Part shown: piece after piece, positions 29,845-39,710 of the stretch | How positions within the stretch are numbered: position 1 is the first letter of the stretch | Layout: every line of letters starts with the position of its first letter | Assembly: GCA_963665665.1 (NCBI GenBank) | Contig: OY762428.1 | Coordinates: 1,376,001 to 1,440,000, forward strand | DNA from: Candidatus Kapaibacterium sp. | GTDB taxonomy: Bacteria > Bacteroidota > Ignavibacteria > Kapaibacteriales > UBA2268 | Direction: 5' to 3' | DNA length: 64,000 bases | Notes under the pieces: generated by a model | Database searches by the model: none | Told to the model about the DNA's origin: nothing | Seen by the model: the letters and a program-made list of their open reading frames with translations, nothing else | Position numbers and translations under genes: made by a program

Positions 29845-30486
29845 TTACAGAATTATACCAATTTCCCCTGTTGCCTTCCCGTGTTTTGCAATTATTACAC
29901 ACATTCTTGCGTATGTTTTATCATCTGAATAAGCTATACCAATCCCGCAATCAATACAATCTTCCCAAAAATCTATAATCCCTAATAAATGATTCCTATG
30001 GCCCGGCGGATCCCATCCCTCATCAACAATCAAACACTTTATCCCAACTGTATCAAAATTGTTTAAAGGATACTTCCCATCACCCCACTGTGATATTGAT
30101 TCAAAAGAAGCATCAGATTTATTTTGTATAAAATTCTCTGACATTTCATAGCCAGCATCATGTAACCGTCGATTTATACCGTATCCATCCGGATCAACAT
30201 GCCCGAAATAATCTCTTTTAATCATATCCAATGCTTTTTCCTCTGCAACCTGGGCGCAAATGCTATTCCAGACAAGTTTGTGGCGCGGTTCCACGTAGGA
30301 TAAATCCACGCCTATTTCATTACTGTAAGCGCCAGGGTTCTGCCTGATATTGTTTAAATAATTAAATGCCTCCTGCGCTTCGGCTTTATCCAAAAAACCG
30401 CTGACTTCCGGGCTGCTCCCGTCATCGGAACAAGATAATATAAATATTCCTATGAATAAACTGATAAAGGTTAGCTTCATTTTCAT
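29845..30486 (-). CDS. CAP/SCP-domain lipoprotein
   Basis: Lipobox ILSC; AxDMxxRDYFGH, PGHRNHLL and CGIGIA CAP motifs. Confidence 0.85.
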   Translation of the reverse strand: MKMKLTFISLFIGIFILSCSDDGSSPEVSGFLDKAEAQEAFNYLNNIRQNPGAYSNEIGVDLSYVEPRHKLVWNSICAQVAEEKALDMIKRDYFGHVDPDGYGINRRLHDAGYEMSENFIQNKSDASFESISQWGDGKYPLNNFDTVGIKCLIVDEGWDPPGHRNHLLGIIDFWEDCIDCGIGIAYSDDKTYARMCVIIAKHGKATGEIGIIL

Positions 30487-30495
30487 TTTTTCCTC

Positions 30496-31143
30496 CTAAT
30501 TAACTTCGTATTCTGTGAGTTCATAAGAAACTTGTTCAGAACTTTCATCCGTGCATTCGTATTTTATCAAGCCAATTCCGGGCTTCATATAAATAAATTC
30601 ACTTGCAGCGCAATCCGCCTTCTTCCAGCCAATTTTCCAACAACCTTTGTATTTTACTCCGCCTGCCTCAACTTCATCTATCCACTGGTAATCAGTTTCC
30701 ATACATGCTTCAGAAACATGGTATTCTTTTTCTTCAGGTTTGTTATAAAAATGTGACATAGGAAAGATCATAGTGCCATTCGTACCTGTATATTCATACA
30801 AGAAATATATCTTGTCATCTCTGTATAGCACATAATGTGGCTGGAACCTTAGTGTTTTTTCCGGATGGGTGGAATACACCTGCATTTTATATATTTCAGA
30901 TGTTTCGTATGTTACAGTATTTAAAGTAAATTTCTTAACAACTGCACCTTCACATTCCTGATAAAATTGTAATTTTTCGCCATTGTAATCAGCCTCGTAG
31001 GTTAATTTATTCCCTTTTGCCAAAGGAATTAAATCTGAATTATCAATCTCGACACCTCCGTTGTTATTCGTCCCGGAATCATCACTACAAGAAAGAAACA
31101 AAACAGTAATAATTACACTCAAAATTCCTAATAACTTTTTCAT
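30496..31143 (-). CDS. Lipoprotein, unknown function
   Basis: Lipobox FLSC-SDD; LIPLAKGNKLTY and PGIGLIK motifs shared with the neighbour. Confidence 0.75.
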   Translation of the reverse strand: MKKLLGILSVIITVLFLSCSDDSGTNNNGGVEIDNSDLIPLAKGNKLTYEADYNGEKLQFYQECEGAVVKKFTLNTVTYETSEIYKMQVYSTHPEKTLRFQPHYVLYRDDKIYFLYEYTGTNGTMIFPMSHFYNKPEEKEYHVSEACMETDYQWIDEVEAGGVKYKGCWKIGWKKADCAASEFIYMKPGIGLIKYECTDESSEQVSYELTEYEVN

Positions 31144-31154
31144 TTTTTTATCTC

Positions 31155-31832
31155 CTATTTCAATTCATAACCAATTAATTCAAATTCTGATATTTTCCCC
31201 TCTATGCCATCAATTTTAACAATTGGGGTCTCCATACTTTCATTCAAATATTTTAAATTTGTAATTCCAATCCCCTTTTCAAAATAATATACTTCAACCC
31301 CTTCACTATTCACACCATTTATAACAGATACAGGTAACACCTTATACTGTTTTTCCCCAATCTTTTCCCATTTTGAAAAGAAATCTCTTTCTATCCCATG
31401 ACTTGAATCTTTAAGATACTGCAAACGACCTTGTTCGACACCATTTTTTGGGTAATATTGTAACTTAAGACTTCCATTCCATATCGTGTCTTTTGATAAT
31501 TCTAACCAGTTTCGGAAATCTCCCATTATTGGATTCCCTGAGTATAAAAATAAATGGGAAAAATAAGTCTCTTCTACCTCTGAAAAAATATATTTTTCAT
31601 CTTCATAATCAATAATTTCTGCTTTAATAATTTTACTTTTCGTTTTGTTGTCACCAATATCTACTGTAACACGGTACCACCATTTGTTCCCAACAGATAA
31701 TGGTAAAATCTGGTCCGGCTGTAATATTGATGCAACCTGTGGCAAATCCTCATCCGGGTTTGTCCCGCTGTCCGAACATGCCCAAAATGCCAACATTGCT
31801 AAAATGCTAATAAATACAAGTAACTTTTTCAT
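31155..31832 (-). CDS. Lipoprotein, unknown function
   Basis: Lipobox FWAC-SDS; ILPLSVGNKWWY and KGIGIT motifs. Confidence 0.75.
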   Translation of the reverse strand: MKKLLVFISILAMLAFWACSDSGTNPDEDLPQVASILQPDQILPLSVGNKWWYRVTVDIGDNKTKSKIIKAEIIDYEDEKYIFSEVEETYFSHLFLYSGNPIMGDFRNWLELSKDTIWNGSLKLQYYPKNGVEQGRLQYLKDSSHGIERDFFSKWEKIGEKQYKVLPVSVINGVNSEGVEVYYFEKGIGITNLKYLNESMETPIVKIDGIEGKISEFELIGYELK

Positions 31833-32182
31833 TTCATAAACTCCTGTTAATGTAAAATATTAATGTATATTATGCCAATAACGGAAGAATCCTTCAACCC
31901 GAAATATTGAAGTTGCGATTTAGCAAATAATTTTACTTTCGTTTTTTATTTGTTAATAAAGTAACTGTTTGGAATATGATTTCCAAATTTATCTTTGCAA
32001 AAAAAATATTAAAATCAGATTAAAATTTTTAAGTCTAAAAATCACAATTAATTGAATTTTATAGAATCCTCTCCCTTGCCTTTTTCAAGAATATTAACGA
32101 TATTGAAGCTGAATGTTCGTTAGGGAAAATTTCGCTTTTAGCTTGTACAAAATTGATAGTTCCATTTTTTTTGACTTTTATT

Positions 32183-32638
32183 ATGCAAAAAGATAACAAA
32201 ACTTATAGTATCACTGATCTGGTCGAAGCTTACAGGCAATTTATTAGGTATCAGAATAACGAGAACTTCCAGTATCATGTTGAAAATTATCGGGCAATGA
32301 GCAAAGCTTTTGGGATATTCTTTGAAAATAAAATACCTGACAGGGTATTGGAAGATTACAGAAATTGGTTTGAAAGATCAATCATGGACAGCCTGAAAAG
32401 CCTCAGCCCTTTCAATGGTCTTCTGGAAGCTCCGAAGCATATTATCAAGCTTTTCAAATCCCAAGGTGGTCACTTCAAGCAAATTGAAGATGATTTTATG
32501 ATTGCACACAGAAATTTTCAAATACACCTGGTAGAATTGATGTTTGGAAAAGTTGAAAAATCTGTAACCTCGGATGACCTGCTGGAAAATGGTTTTGATG
32601 ACAGACGTGAAGCTCCTGATCCATTTGATTATTCGTAG
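32183..32638 (+). CDS. Hypothetical protein
   Basis: ORF 32153..32638; ATG at 32183; no family recognised. Confidence 0.6.
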   Translation: MQKDNKTYSITDLVEAYRQFIRYQNNENFQYHVENYRAMSKAFGIFFENKIPDRVLEDYRNWFERSIMDSLKSLSPFNGLLEAPKHIIKLFKSQGGHFKQIEDDFMIAHRNFQIHLVELMFGKVEKSVTSDDLLENGFDDRREAPDPFDYS

Positions 32639-32655
32639 AATTGTAGTACATTCGA

Positions 32656-32731
32656 TTTTCTTTACCCCAAGTTAAAAAATTACTGTCATTTCTAAAATAT
32701 CGGTACAACAATAACCATTCAGTCGGTAAAC
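32656..32731 (+). repeat. ~76-bp imperfect direct repeat, copy 1 (copy 2 at 36135..36209)
   Basis: Manual alignment about 60/76 identical; core TTTTCTTTACnCCAAGTTAnnAAATTACTGTC. Confidence 0.75.
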
Positions 32732-32894
32732 TTTGAATGTTTTATGCGCTAAACAAAAATGAAAACTGTTTGTAGGAAAATATTTGTTCAGATCATTGAA
32801 TTACGCTCCCAATTGACTGATTTGTTATTTTGAAATAAATTCGTATATTAAATTGTTATTTCTACTTCTTTTGTTTGAAAAATCAGGTGCCATT

Positions 32895-34022
32895 ATGAAG
32901 AGGTTCATACCATTTTTATTTATTTCCATTTTAACTTTAATTGAAGTTCAAGCTCAATGTGTTGAAGGAGATTGTCAGGACGGCTATGGTGTTTTAAATA
33001 CTCAGAGTGAAATTTATAAAGGAGAATTTAAGAACGGAAAGATGAATGGCAAAGGCAAATATATCTGGCCTAATGGAAATTATTTAGAAGGAATATTTGT
33101 TGACGATTATCTTGAAGGCCTTGGATATAGTTATTATGCATCTGATAGTACACTATACAAGGGGATGTTCCATAAAGACAAATTGCAGGACGGACATGTT
33201 GAAGTTTTTCGGAATGGAGATACAGTCTATGTAGGGGATATGGTTAATTCTAAATACAATGGTAAAGGAAAAATATTTCTACCGAATGGAGATATTTATC
33301 AGGGTGATTGGAAGAATGATAAAATGGATGGAAATGGTACATATTTTTATAAAAATGGGAATTATTATACTGGCGGGTTTCGAGACAATTTGTTTCATGG
33401 CAAGGGAAAATGCTTGAATGGAAGTGTTCTTTACGATGGCGATTGGGTCAATGATGTTATTGATGGAGATGGAATTTATATTTATCAAAATGGTGATAAA
33501 TATGAAGGAGGATGCTATAAATGGATGAAACATGGAAGGGGAACTTTGACATACAAAAGTGGTGGAAAAATGATCGGCCAATGGGAATTAGATGTTTTTG
33601 TAACCGGAAACGAAATTGATAAATATCAGACAAGTGTCGTTTTTTTGGAACATTCTGAATCCGGAATTTATTTTATTCCGGTAAAGCTCAATGACAAAAT
33701 TGAAATTAATATGATATTGGATACAGGCGCTTCAGAATTGTTTTTAACTCCTGATATTGTTCTAACTTTGATCAGAACCGGAACCTTAACAGAAGATGAT
33801 ATTTTGGAAGGTGGTACATTTACTGATGCCAATGGTGATTTAAACTATCATGTTCGGTTCAATATTAAAAGTGTTAAAATCGGAGATTTTACTTTTGATA
33901 ATGTTTCTGCTGCAATAGCTAACCAGGTAATGGCATCAAACCTATTAGGCCAAAATGTATTAAATCAACTAAAAAGGTTTACATTTGATTATGTCACTGC
34001 TACTATGATTTTGTATCGGTAA
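32895..34022 (+). CDS. MORN-repeat protein fused to retropepsin-like aspartic protease
   Basis: Signal peptide, QCVEGDC, multiple YxGxWxNDKMDGxG repeats, MILDTGAS catalytic motif, NLLGQNVL. Confidence 0.88.
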   Translation: MKRFIPFLFISILTLIEVQAQCVEGDCQDGYGVLNTQSEIYKGEFKNGKMNGKGKYIWPNGNYLEGIFVDDYLEGLGYSYYASDSTLYKGMFHKDKLQDGHVEVFRNGDTVYVGDMVNSKYNGKGKIFLPNGDIYQGDWKNDKMDGNGTYFYKNGNYYTGGFRDNLFHGKGKCLNGSVLYDGDWVNDVIDGDGIYIYQNGDKYEGGCYKWMKHGRGTLTYKSGGKMIGQWELDVFVTGNEIDKYQTSVVFLEHSESGIYFIPVKLNDKIEINMILDTGASELFLTPDIVLTLIRTGTLTEDDILEGGTFTDANGDLNYHVRFNIKSVKIGDFTFDNVSAAIANQVMASNLLGQNVLNQLKRFTFDYVTATMILYR

Positions 34023-34085
34023 AAAATTTGACAAATTCAGATACTATTTCAATATAAAAAATTGTTCACATTATTGGGGTTAATT

Positions 34086-35255
34086 ATGCAAGATGATACT
34101 TATTCAGAACTCGAATTAAGAATTAAAAGTATTGAGAAGAAACAGAAAAGAAGCAAATTTACAAATCTATTCCTGTTACTAATAATCATATCCGGGTTAA
34201 TGTACGGTTTCCAAATGACTCAAAAATTTAAAACGCTGGAAGTTGAAAAACTTGTTTTAATAGACAGTCTTGGTAAACAAAGAGCTGTAATGATGTTTGA
34301 TGAAAAATTTGATCCTCAGTTCCAGATGTTTAATAAGAATGGAGATGAAGTATTTAATCTGTGTATATCTGAAGAAAAAGCGGCTATAGATATGCCGAAT
34401 ATTAATTATATTGGTAATTATTCAGGATTAAGGATAGCCCCAAATAGTATTTTATTAGCATCGGATACGATTGGACTTCTTCATTTAAATACAAGTTCAA
34501 AAAGAGGGCCATATATATATCTAAGCATGGAAGATAGTATTGGTTCTTCTTTTAAGTCAACTTATAAATCAACATCGATAAATTGGCTTCATAGCAAAAA
34601 CGGAAGTTTGAATAGTACTGTAAAAATTGAAAATTATGGCAGAAGTGATTCTCTGGGTATTTTGATTGGGAATATGTTTTCAGATCGAGATAGTTCTAAT
34701 GCGGAAATAATTGATTTGAAAATCACAGATTTAGGACCTTCTCTTGAAATGTATGATTTTAATAAAACTAATTTTAAGTTCCGGCAAAGACAATCATCAA
34801 CTATCTATGGAACAAAATTCAATTCTCATGATGGCCCTGACTTGATTTTTGGATATAATTGGTTTGATTTGGGAAACGTAATAAGAGTGAATGATCCTGA
34901 TCCTGGAATGAGAATTTTAGATAAAAATGATTCTGTTCGTTTAAAAACTTGTATTAGAAGCGATAATGATATGGTTTATACAGCTTTTTTTGGTAACTCT
35001 TGCTCTGAAGGAACATATATTGGTAATTTAAAAAACAATGGTTTTTTGGAATTTCATAAAAATGATCGAAAAAGGTTAACTTTGAACTTTACAGATTATG
35101 GCGTACCACGATTATCTATGTTTGACTATTATGGTAATATTCGATTAAACCTTGGAGGAATGGTAACTACAAGAAATGGCAGGTCAATTAATAATTACGA
35201 ATCTTCAATATTTCTATTTAATGAAAAAGGAAATAGTCTTTTTTCAGCCCCATAA
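34086..35255 (+). CDS. Hypothetical membrane-anchored beta-rich protein
   Basis: Short coiled N-terminus, one TM helix, repeated (L/I)xDxxGxxR-like hairpin motifs. Confidence 0.65.
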   Translation: MQDDTYSELELRIKSIEKKQKRSKFTNLFLLLIIISGLMYGFQMTQKFKTLEVEKLVLIDSLGKQRAVMMFDEKFDPQFQMFNKNGDEVFNLCISEEKAAIDMPNINYIGNYSGLRIAPNSILLASDTIGLLHLNTSSKRGPYIYLSMEDSIGSSFKSTYKSTSINWLHSKNGSLNSTVKIENYGRSDSLGILIGNMFSDRDSSNAEIIDLKITDLGPSLEMYDFNKTNFKFRQRQSSTIYGTKFNSHDGPDLIFGYNWFDLGNVIRVNDPDPGMRILDKNDSVRLKTCIRSDNDMVYTAFFGNSCSEGTYIGNLKNNGFLEFHKNDRKRLTLNFTDYGVPRLSMFDYYGNIRLNLGGMVTTRNGRSINNYESSIFLFNEKGNSLFSAP

Positions 35256-35271
35256 AAAAGAAAGCGAATAC

Positions 35272-36021
35272 ATGAAAATAGAAGAAATAAATAAAATGAT
35301 CGAAGAAAAGAAACAATCTGAAACGTTAATGTATTTTAGTGAAATTGATAATGCAGTTGATTCCTTAGAAACAGCTTTTTTTTTAATTGACAGAGATGAT
35401 TCCGGAAAGTGGAAATGGGTATCTTTGTGTATTTATCATTCTCTGTATAATTTTTGCATTGCTTCACTAACAAATGGATTTTCTGGTAATGTTCTTCAAG
35501 GTAAAAGAGGTAAAATATTTTATTCTCGTGATGAAGTTAATTGGAAAAAGGCAGTATGGAAAGAAATTGATGGTACAACGTTTGGAAGAATACAATGGAA
35601 TGATGTAACGGATAAGTCGGAACTACCGAAGATCAATAATAATATTCCAAATACTGATGAAGTGTTTTGCGAATATGAAAAGAAAGATTTGATTTCTTTT
35701 CAATGTGCCTTGTCCCGAGTAATGGATCAGGAATACTGGATGGGAAGGCATGAAAGACAGAAAGCGCTTATTTTATCCGATGAGGAAATTAAAGATATTG
35801 ATATAATTCATAAACTTAGGAATGATTTTATTCATTTTAAACCCAAACTGGTAATATATGGTATTGAAACAATTAAGAAAATTTTAGAAGTTTATTTGAA
35901 AGCTATAAAATTTCTCGTTTTTGATTCTAATTCAATATTGGAAATTGGAGAAACACCTTTTAGAGACAGAGTTGAGGAATTATTACATAAACTGAGTATA
36001 GAACTTGATATTCAGAACTGA
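35272..36021 (+). CDS. Hypothetical protein with HEPN-like RxxxxH motif
   Basis: ORF 35176..36021, ATG at 35272; mostly helical with LRNDFIHF motif. Confidence 0.55.
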   Translation: MKIEEINKMIEEKKQSETLMYFSEIDNAVDSLETAFFLIDRDDSGKWKWVSLCIYHSLYNFCIASLTNGFSGNVLQGKRGKIFYSRDEVNWKKAVWKEIDGTTFGRIQWNDVTDKSELPKINNNIPNTDEVFCEYEKKDLISFQCALSRVMDQEYWMGRHERQKALILSDEEIKDIDIIHKLRNDFIHFKPKLVIYGIETIKKILEVYLKAIKFLVFDSNSILEIGETPFRDRVEELLHKLSIELDIQN

Positions 36022-36134
36022 AATTTCGATTCGTTAGTTTGGTCAGAAAAAAAAAACCGGTAGCTTGTCACTGCCGGGGTTTTCGACTATCAGGCCAATG
36101 CTCTGTTTTTAACAATCCAAGAATATACCACAGG

Positions 36135-36209
36135 TTTTCTTTACACCAAGTTACGAAATTACTGTCTTTTCAAATATACTGGTACACTAACAACGGTTTA
36201 GCGGTACAC
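36135..36209 (+). repeat. ~75-bp imperfect direct repeat, copy 2
   Basis: See 32656..32731. Confidence 0.75.
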
Positions 36210-36390
36210 ACTACTGCCGGTTTGTGCAAATCGTGCTTGGCAACTCAGCTAACTATATAAATCACATCTGACTCCTGTTAGAAATTATATTCAAAAATAT
36301 TATGGCTTTTCTGTTCGATGTATCAAAGATTGAACTTTATAGAAACATCATCTTTTTATCATAAAATACCAATATATTAACAATCCCACG

Positions 36391-36419
36391 AAAAAAAGCC
36401 GGGAATTTCTTCCCGGCTT
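36391..36419 (-). terminator. Rho-independent terminator downstream of the XRE gene
   Basis: AAGCCGGGAA-TTTC-TTCCCGGCTT stem with an A7 tract on + (U tract on -). Confidence 0.75.
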
Positions 36420-36607
36420 GCTAAGGAACGCATGGCAAACCATTAACTAATAGAAAATAAGGAGCTAAAGAACCTCTTTTGAGTACATTATGCCATGATA
36501 TTCCGTAAATTTTCAGCAGAAACGGCGTTGAATTGCGATTCTCGTGCAACTTTTTAGCAACTTTTTGTTGATTTTATGCAACAAAGAGCACTGCGCTGCA
36601 ACTTTTA

Positions 36608-37612
36608 TCAACTTTCTGCAACATTCTGCAATTTTTCGCCTGTTGCATCCGTATTTGTGGAACTATCTGCAACAATTGTATCAAAACCGTCATCAAAGTC
36701 ATCCAAATCGGGCAAATCAGGGTAAGTTGCATAGTCAATTGGCTCGGGTTGCTGATAGTTTGCCTGCTGTTGCATTTGTGTTGCAGCCTGTTGCTGTTTA
36801 CCGGCGAACATATTCGAAAATGTATTGACAAGTTTCGGCGCGATGCTTGGGCCGATGTTCTCGCCCAGGCTTTTAAGCAACTCGGACACACCCGGTTTGT
36901 CGAGCAGGCCGGAAAGTCCGCCGCTTTCTTTATCTGAGTTCTTACGCAGTTCTGCAATTACCCTGTCGATTTCTAATTGGATCTCGTCACCGAATTCAAT
37001 TATCCTGTTCTCAACCATCTCAGTAATCAAATTCCGGATTTCTTCCTTATTAGTTTTCAGCTTTTCATCCATTACAATTTCAAGATTCATAACCTGATCC
37101 TGAATTTTGCCGTTTACATTGTTCTGGAAGTTCTCGAAAAGGTATTTTAAATGGTCAACCTCGCGGATAACCTGCATATTCTTCAGCCTTTCGTCCTGAA
37201 GCTCCTGCGTCAGGTTATAGTTTCGGCTTTCCAGCTTATCCATCTTACTTTCGCCCTTACGCACTTCATTTGTCAGGTATCGCGTATATTCGTCGTCGTT
37301 TAATTGTTCCATCGGATTTTCCTTAGTTTTTGAGGCAGGTTTCAGTTGTTTCTCGTATTCCATTGTCTGCTTAATTCTGTTAATCGCGTCCGGGGCGTAT
37401 TCGGCAGCTCCGCCGGTTTCGGTAAGGCCCTGCACGAAGTTCTGCACAATGTTTGCCGGAACCAGTTCCTGCTTTTTTCGTTCCATTCTGGAAATCTGAC
37501 TTTTACTGCTCATGTTAAGAAGCCGTGCAGCATTTTCCTGGCTAAGCCCGAAATATTCCCTCAGCCGTCGGAATTCTTCTCCTGTCAGTGGAGGTAAGTT
37601 GTCGTGAAACAT
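36608..37612 (-). CDS. XRE-family HTH protein with coiled coil and Gln/Asp-rich tail
   Basis: FRRLREYFGLSQENAARLLNMSSKSQISRMER HTH; central heptad-rich region; QQQAATQMQQQ and acidic C-terminus. Confidence 0.75.
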   Translation of the reverse strand: MFHDNLPPLTGEEFRRLREYFGLSQENAARLLNMSSKSQISRMERKKQELVPANIVQNFVQGLTETGGAAEYAPDAINRIKQTMEYEKQLKPASKTKENPMEQLNDDEYTRYLTNEVRKGESKMDKLESRNYNLTQELQDERLKNMQVIREVDHLKYLFENFQNNVNGKIQDQVMNLEIVMDEKLKTNKEEIRNLITEMVENRIIEFGDEIQLEIDRVIAELRKNSDKESGGLSGLLDKPGVSELLKSLGENIGPSIAPKLVNTFSNMFAGKQQQAATQMQQQANYQQPEPIDYATYPDLPDLDDFDDGFDTIVADSSTNTDATGEKLQNVAES

Positions 37613-37874
37613 AATTTGTCTTTCTATTATTAATTATATGTTCGTGTTTCATGTTTGATTGAAGCTATTCATGAATATAACTATCTTATAGTTAAAAATA
37701 AGATAATTTATATTCGCTTTAAATAAATTGCGTTCATAATCGCTCTCAGTGCGGTTTTCAAAGGCTTGCACAACTAAAACCATTGCCGGAGCAACAAGTG
37801 CTGATAGCGGACGTATACGGCGCTAATTCCAAGTCCGGCAGTGATTTCCCGGATTATATCCCAAAAAACAGCTT

Positions 37875-38261
37875 TCATAGTTCCTCCTGGGCATTCGGGA
37901 ACAATTTCTGGGCTGATTCGAGGAAACGGAAAAGCTCGTCCGTGAGTTCTTTCAGCATATCATCACTGAGTTTGATTTCATTCATGCAGGCAAATGCCAA
38001 CATAAGAAAATCCTGAAGATAGCTGCGGTAGAAATCAGGGCTGGCAAGAACTTCGTGCTCCATGCTTAGGCGTTTTGTTTCGTGCTGCTTTCTAAGCATA
38101 TCGGCAAGGTGGTCAATGGCCTCTTTTTCCGGTGCGAGAGGGAAAAGTATTGCTGCCGGCAAATTATTTTTCGTCAGGCAGGCAAAACCCAGCTTTTCAC
38201 TTACCCTTACAAGCTGTGAAATTCCCATTTTCGAGGCTTCGTTCATTGCAAAATTTTGCAT
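37875..38261 (-). CDS. Hypothetical protein (possible Phd/YefM-like N-terminus)
   Basis: 128-aa ORF co-directional with the XRE gene; CLTKNNLPAAILFP resembles the Phd ITxNGxPxAVL strand (weak). Confidence 0.5.
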   Translation of the reverse strand: MQNFAMNEASKMGISQLVRVSEKLGFACLTKNNLPAAILFPLAPEKEAIDHLADMLRKQHETKRLSMEHEVLASPDFYRSYLQDFLMLAFACMNEIKLSDDMLKELTDELFRFLESAQKLFPNAQEEL

Positions 38262-38562
38262 AATGGTAAATCCTTGTCAATTGTTGTAAAATACTGTAAG
38301 TAATCATAAAATCAATTACTTATATATATATTAACCTATAAAAACGATATTTGTTACAATATATTATTGGATATAAAGGAAAATTTATTTTAAGATTTGT
38401 ATATATGTGTATTGCCTTTCTCCTGAAAATTTGCGATATTGGGAATTGAATGCTCGCGGGGGAGTATTCCGGCAATGGCAGAGCGAAGGGTAGAAAAAAT
38501 TTAATCAAAGCGGCAGTCAAGGCGACTGGTGTTTTTCGTGGTTTGAAATTAATGAGGCTGAT

Positions 38563-39684
38563 ATGTTTTTGATTGACAAAGATAAAAATGAGATACAGAA
38601 GATTGAAGAAAAATCCTTTACTGAGCTTGGCTTTAAGGAAAGAGCAAACTTGCAGGAATGGCTGGCAGGCAACCCGGAAGCTCTGGGCGAGGAATTATTG
38701 ATTATTCAGAAGGAATTTGCCGGATTTATTGATACCAGGGAAAGGCTTGATCTTCTGGCGCTTGATAAGCAGGGAAACCTGGTAATAATTGAAAATAAAC
38801 TTGACGACAGTGGCCGGGATGTTACCTGGCAGGTTTTAAAATACGCATCTTACTGTGCCAGCTTATCGAAATCACAGATAATAAAAATATTTCAGGACTA
38901 CCTGTCGCAAACAAGATCGGAAACAACGGCGGAAGAAGCCCTGACGGAGTTCTTCGATAATACTGAGATTGAAGATATTTCCCTCAATAAGGGCCTGACT
39001 CAGCGTGTTATGATGGTAGCAGGAAACTTCAGGAAGGAAGTAACATCTACTGTCCTCTGGCTCCTGAATTATAATCTGAGGATACAGTGCTTTAAAGTTA
39101 CTCCTTTCAAGCTTAATGACCAACTCCTGCTTAATATCGAACAGATCATCCCGATGAAAGATGCCGAAGAATATTCTATTAATATGGCGGAAAAAACACA
39201 GGAAGATATTAGTTCCCAGGAAGAAATGAAATCAAGGCATATTATCCGCCTTGAATTCTGGAAAATATTTCTTGATTACATTTCCGGAAAAGGTGAAATA
39301 TTTCAGAATATCAGTCCGTCAAAATACAGTTGGATAGCTTCCGGATCCGGTTTAGGAGGCGTTTCCTACAATGCCGTTGTTTCGAAGGCATATGGCAGGG
39401 CTGAATTATATATTGACCGTGGTGAAAAGGATGAGAATAAAAGAATTTTTGACTTCCTGTACGCCAGAAAGGAAGAAATAGAAGAGCTAATGAGAACAGC
39501 TCTGGAATGGCAAAGGCTTGATGAAAAAAGAGCCTGTAGGATAAAATACGAGCTTACAGGTGTTAATGTATTTCATAAGGAAGATTGGGACGAAATGATT
39601 AAATTTATATCCGATGCTATCCTTAGAATGGAAAAGGCATTCAGGAACAGCGTAAAAGAAGTTGGATATGAATTGAAGAAGTAA
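38563..39684 (+). CDS. NucS/DUF91-like endonuclease fused to DUF4268
   Basis: ERxNLQEW, RLDLLALD...VIIENK, QVLKYA PD-(D/E)xK motifs; C-terminal FW...AELYID...LEWQRLDEKRACRI. Confidence 0.8.
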   Translation: MFLIDKDKNEIQKIEEKSFTELGFKERANLQEWLAGNPEALGEELLIIQKEFAGFIDTRERLDLLALDKQGNLVIIENKLDDSGRDVTWQVLKYASYCASLSKSQIIKIFQDYLSQTRSETTAEEALTEFFDNTEIEDISLNKGLTQRVMMVAGNFRKEVTSTVLWLLNYNLRIQCFKVTPFKLNDQLLLNIEQIIPMKDAEEYSINMAEKTQEDISSQEEMKSRHIIRLEFWKIFLDYISGKGEIFQNISPSKYSWIASGSGLGGVSYNAVVSKAYGRAELYIDRGEKDENKRIFDFLYARKEEIEELMRTALEWQRLDEKRACRIKYELTGVNVFHKEDWDEMIKFISDAILRMEKAFRNSVKEVGYELKK

Positions 39685-39710
39685 TATTGATAAAACATCC
39701 GGGAAGATAA

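Noticed and set aside
36039-36260. 73-aa ORF
   Set aside because: Overlaps a terminator-like hairpin and the flanking repeat; composition is not protein-like
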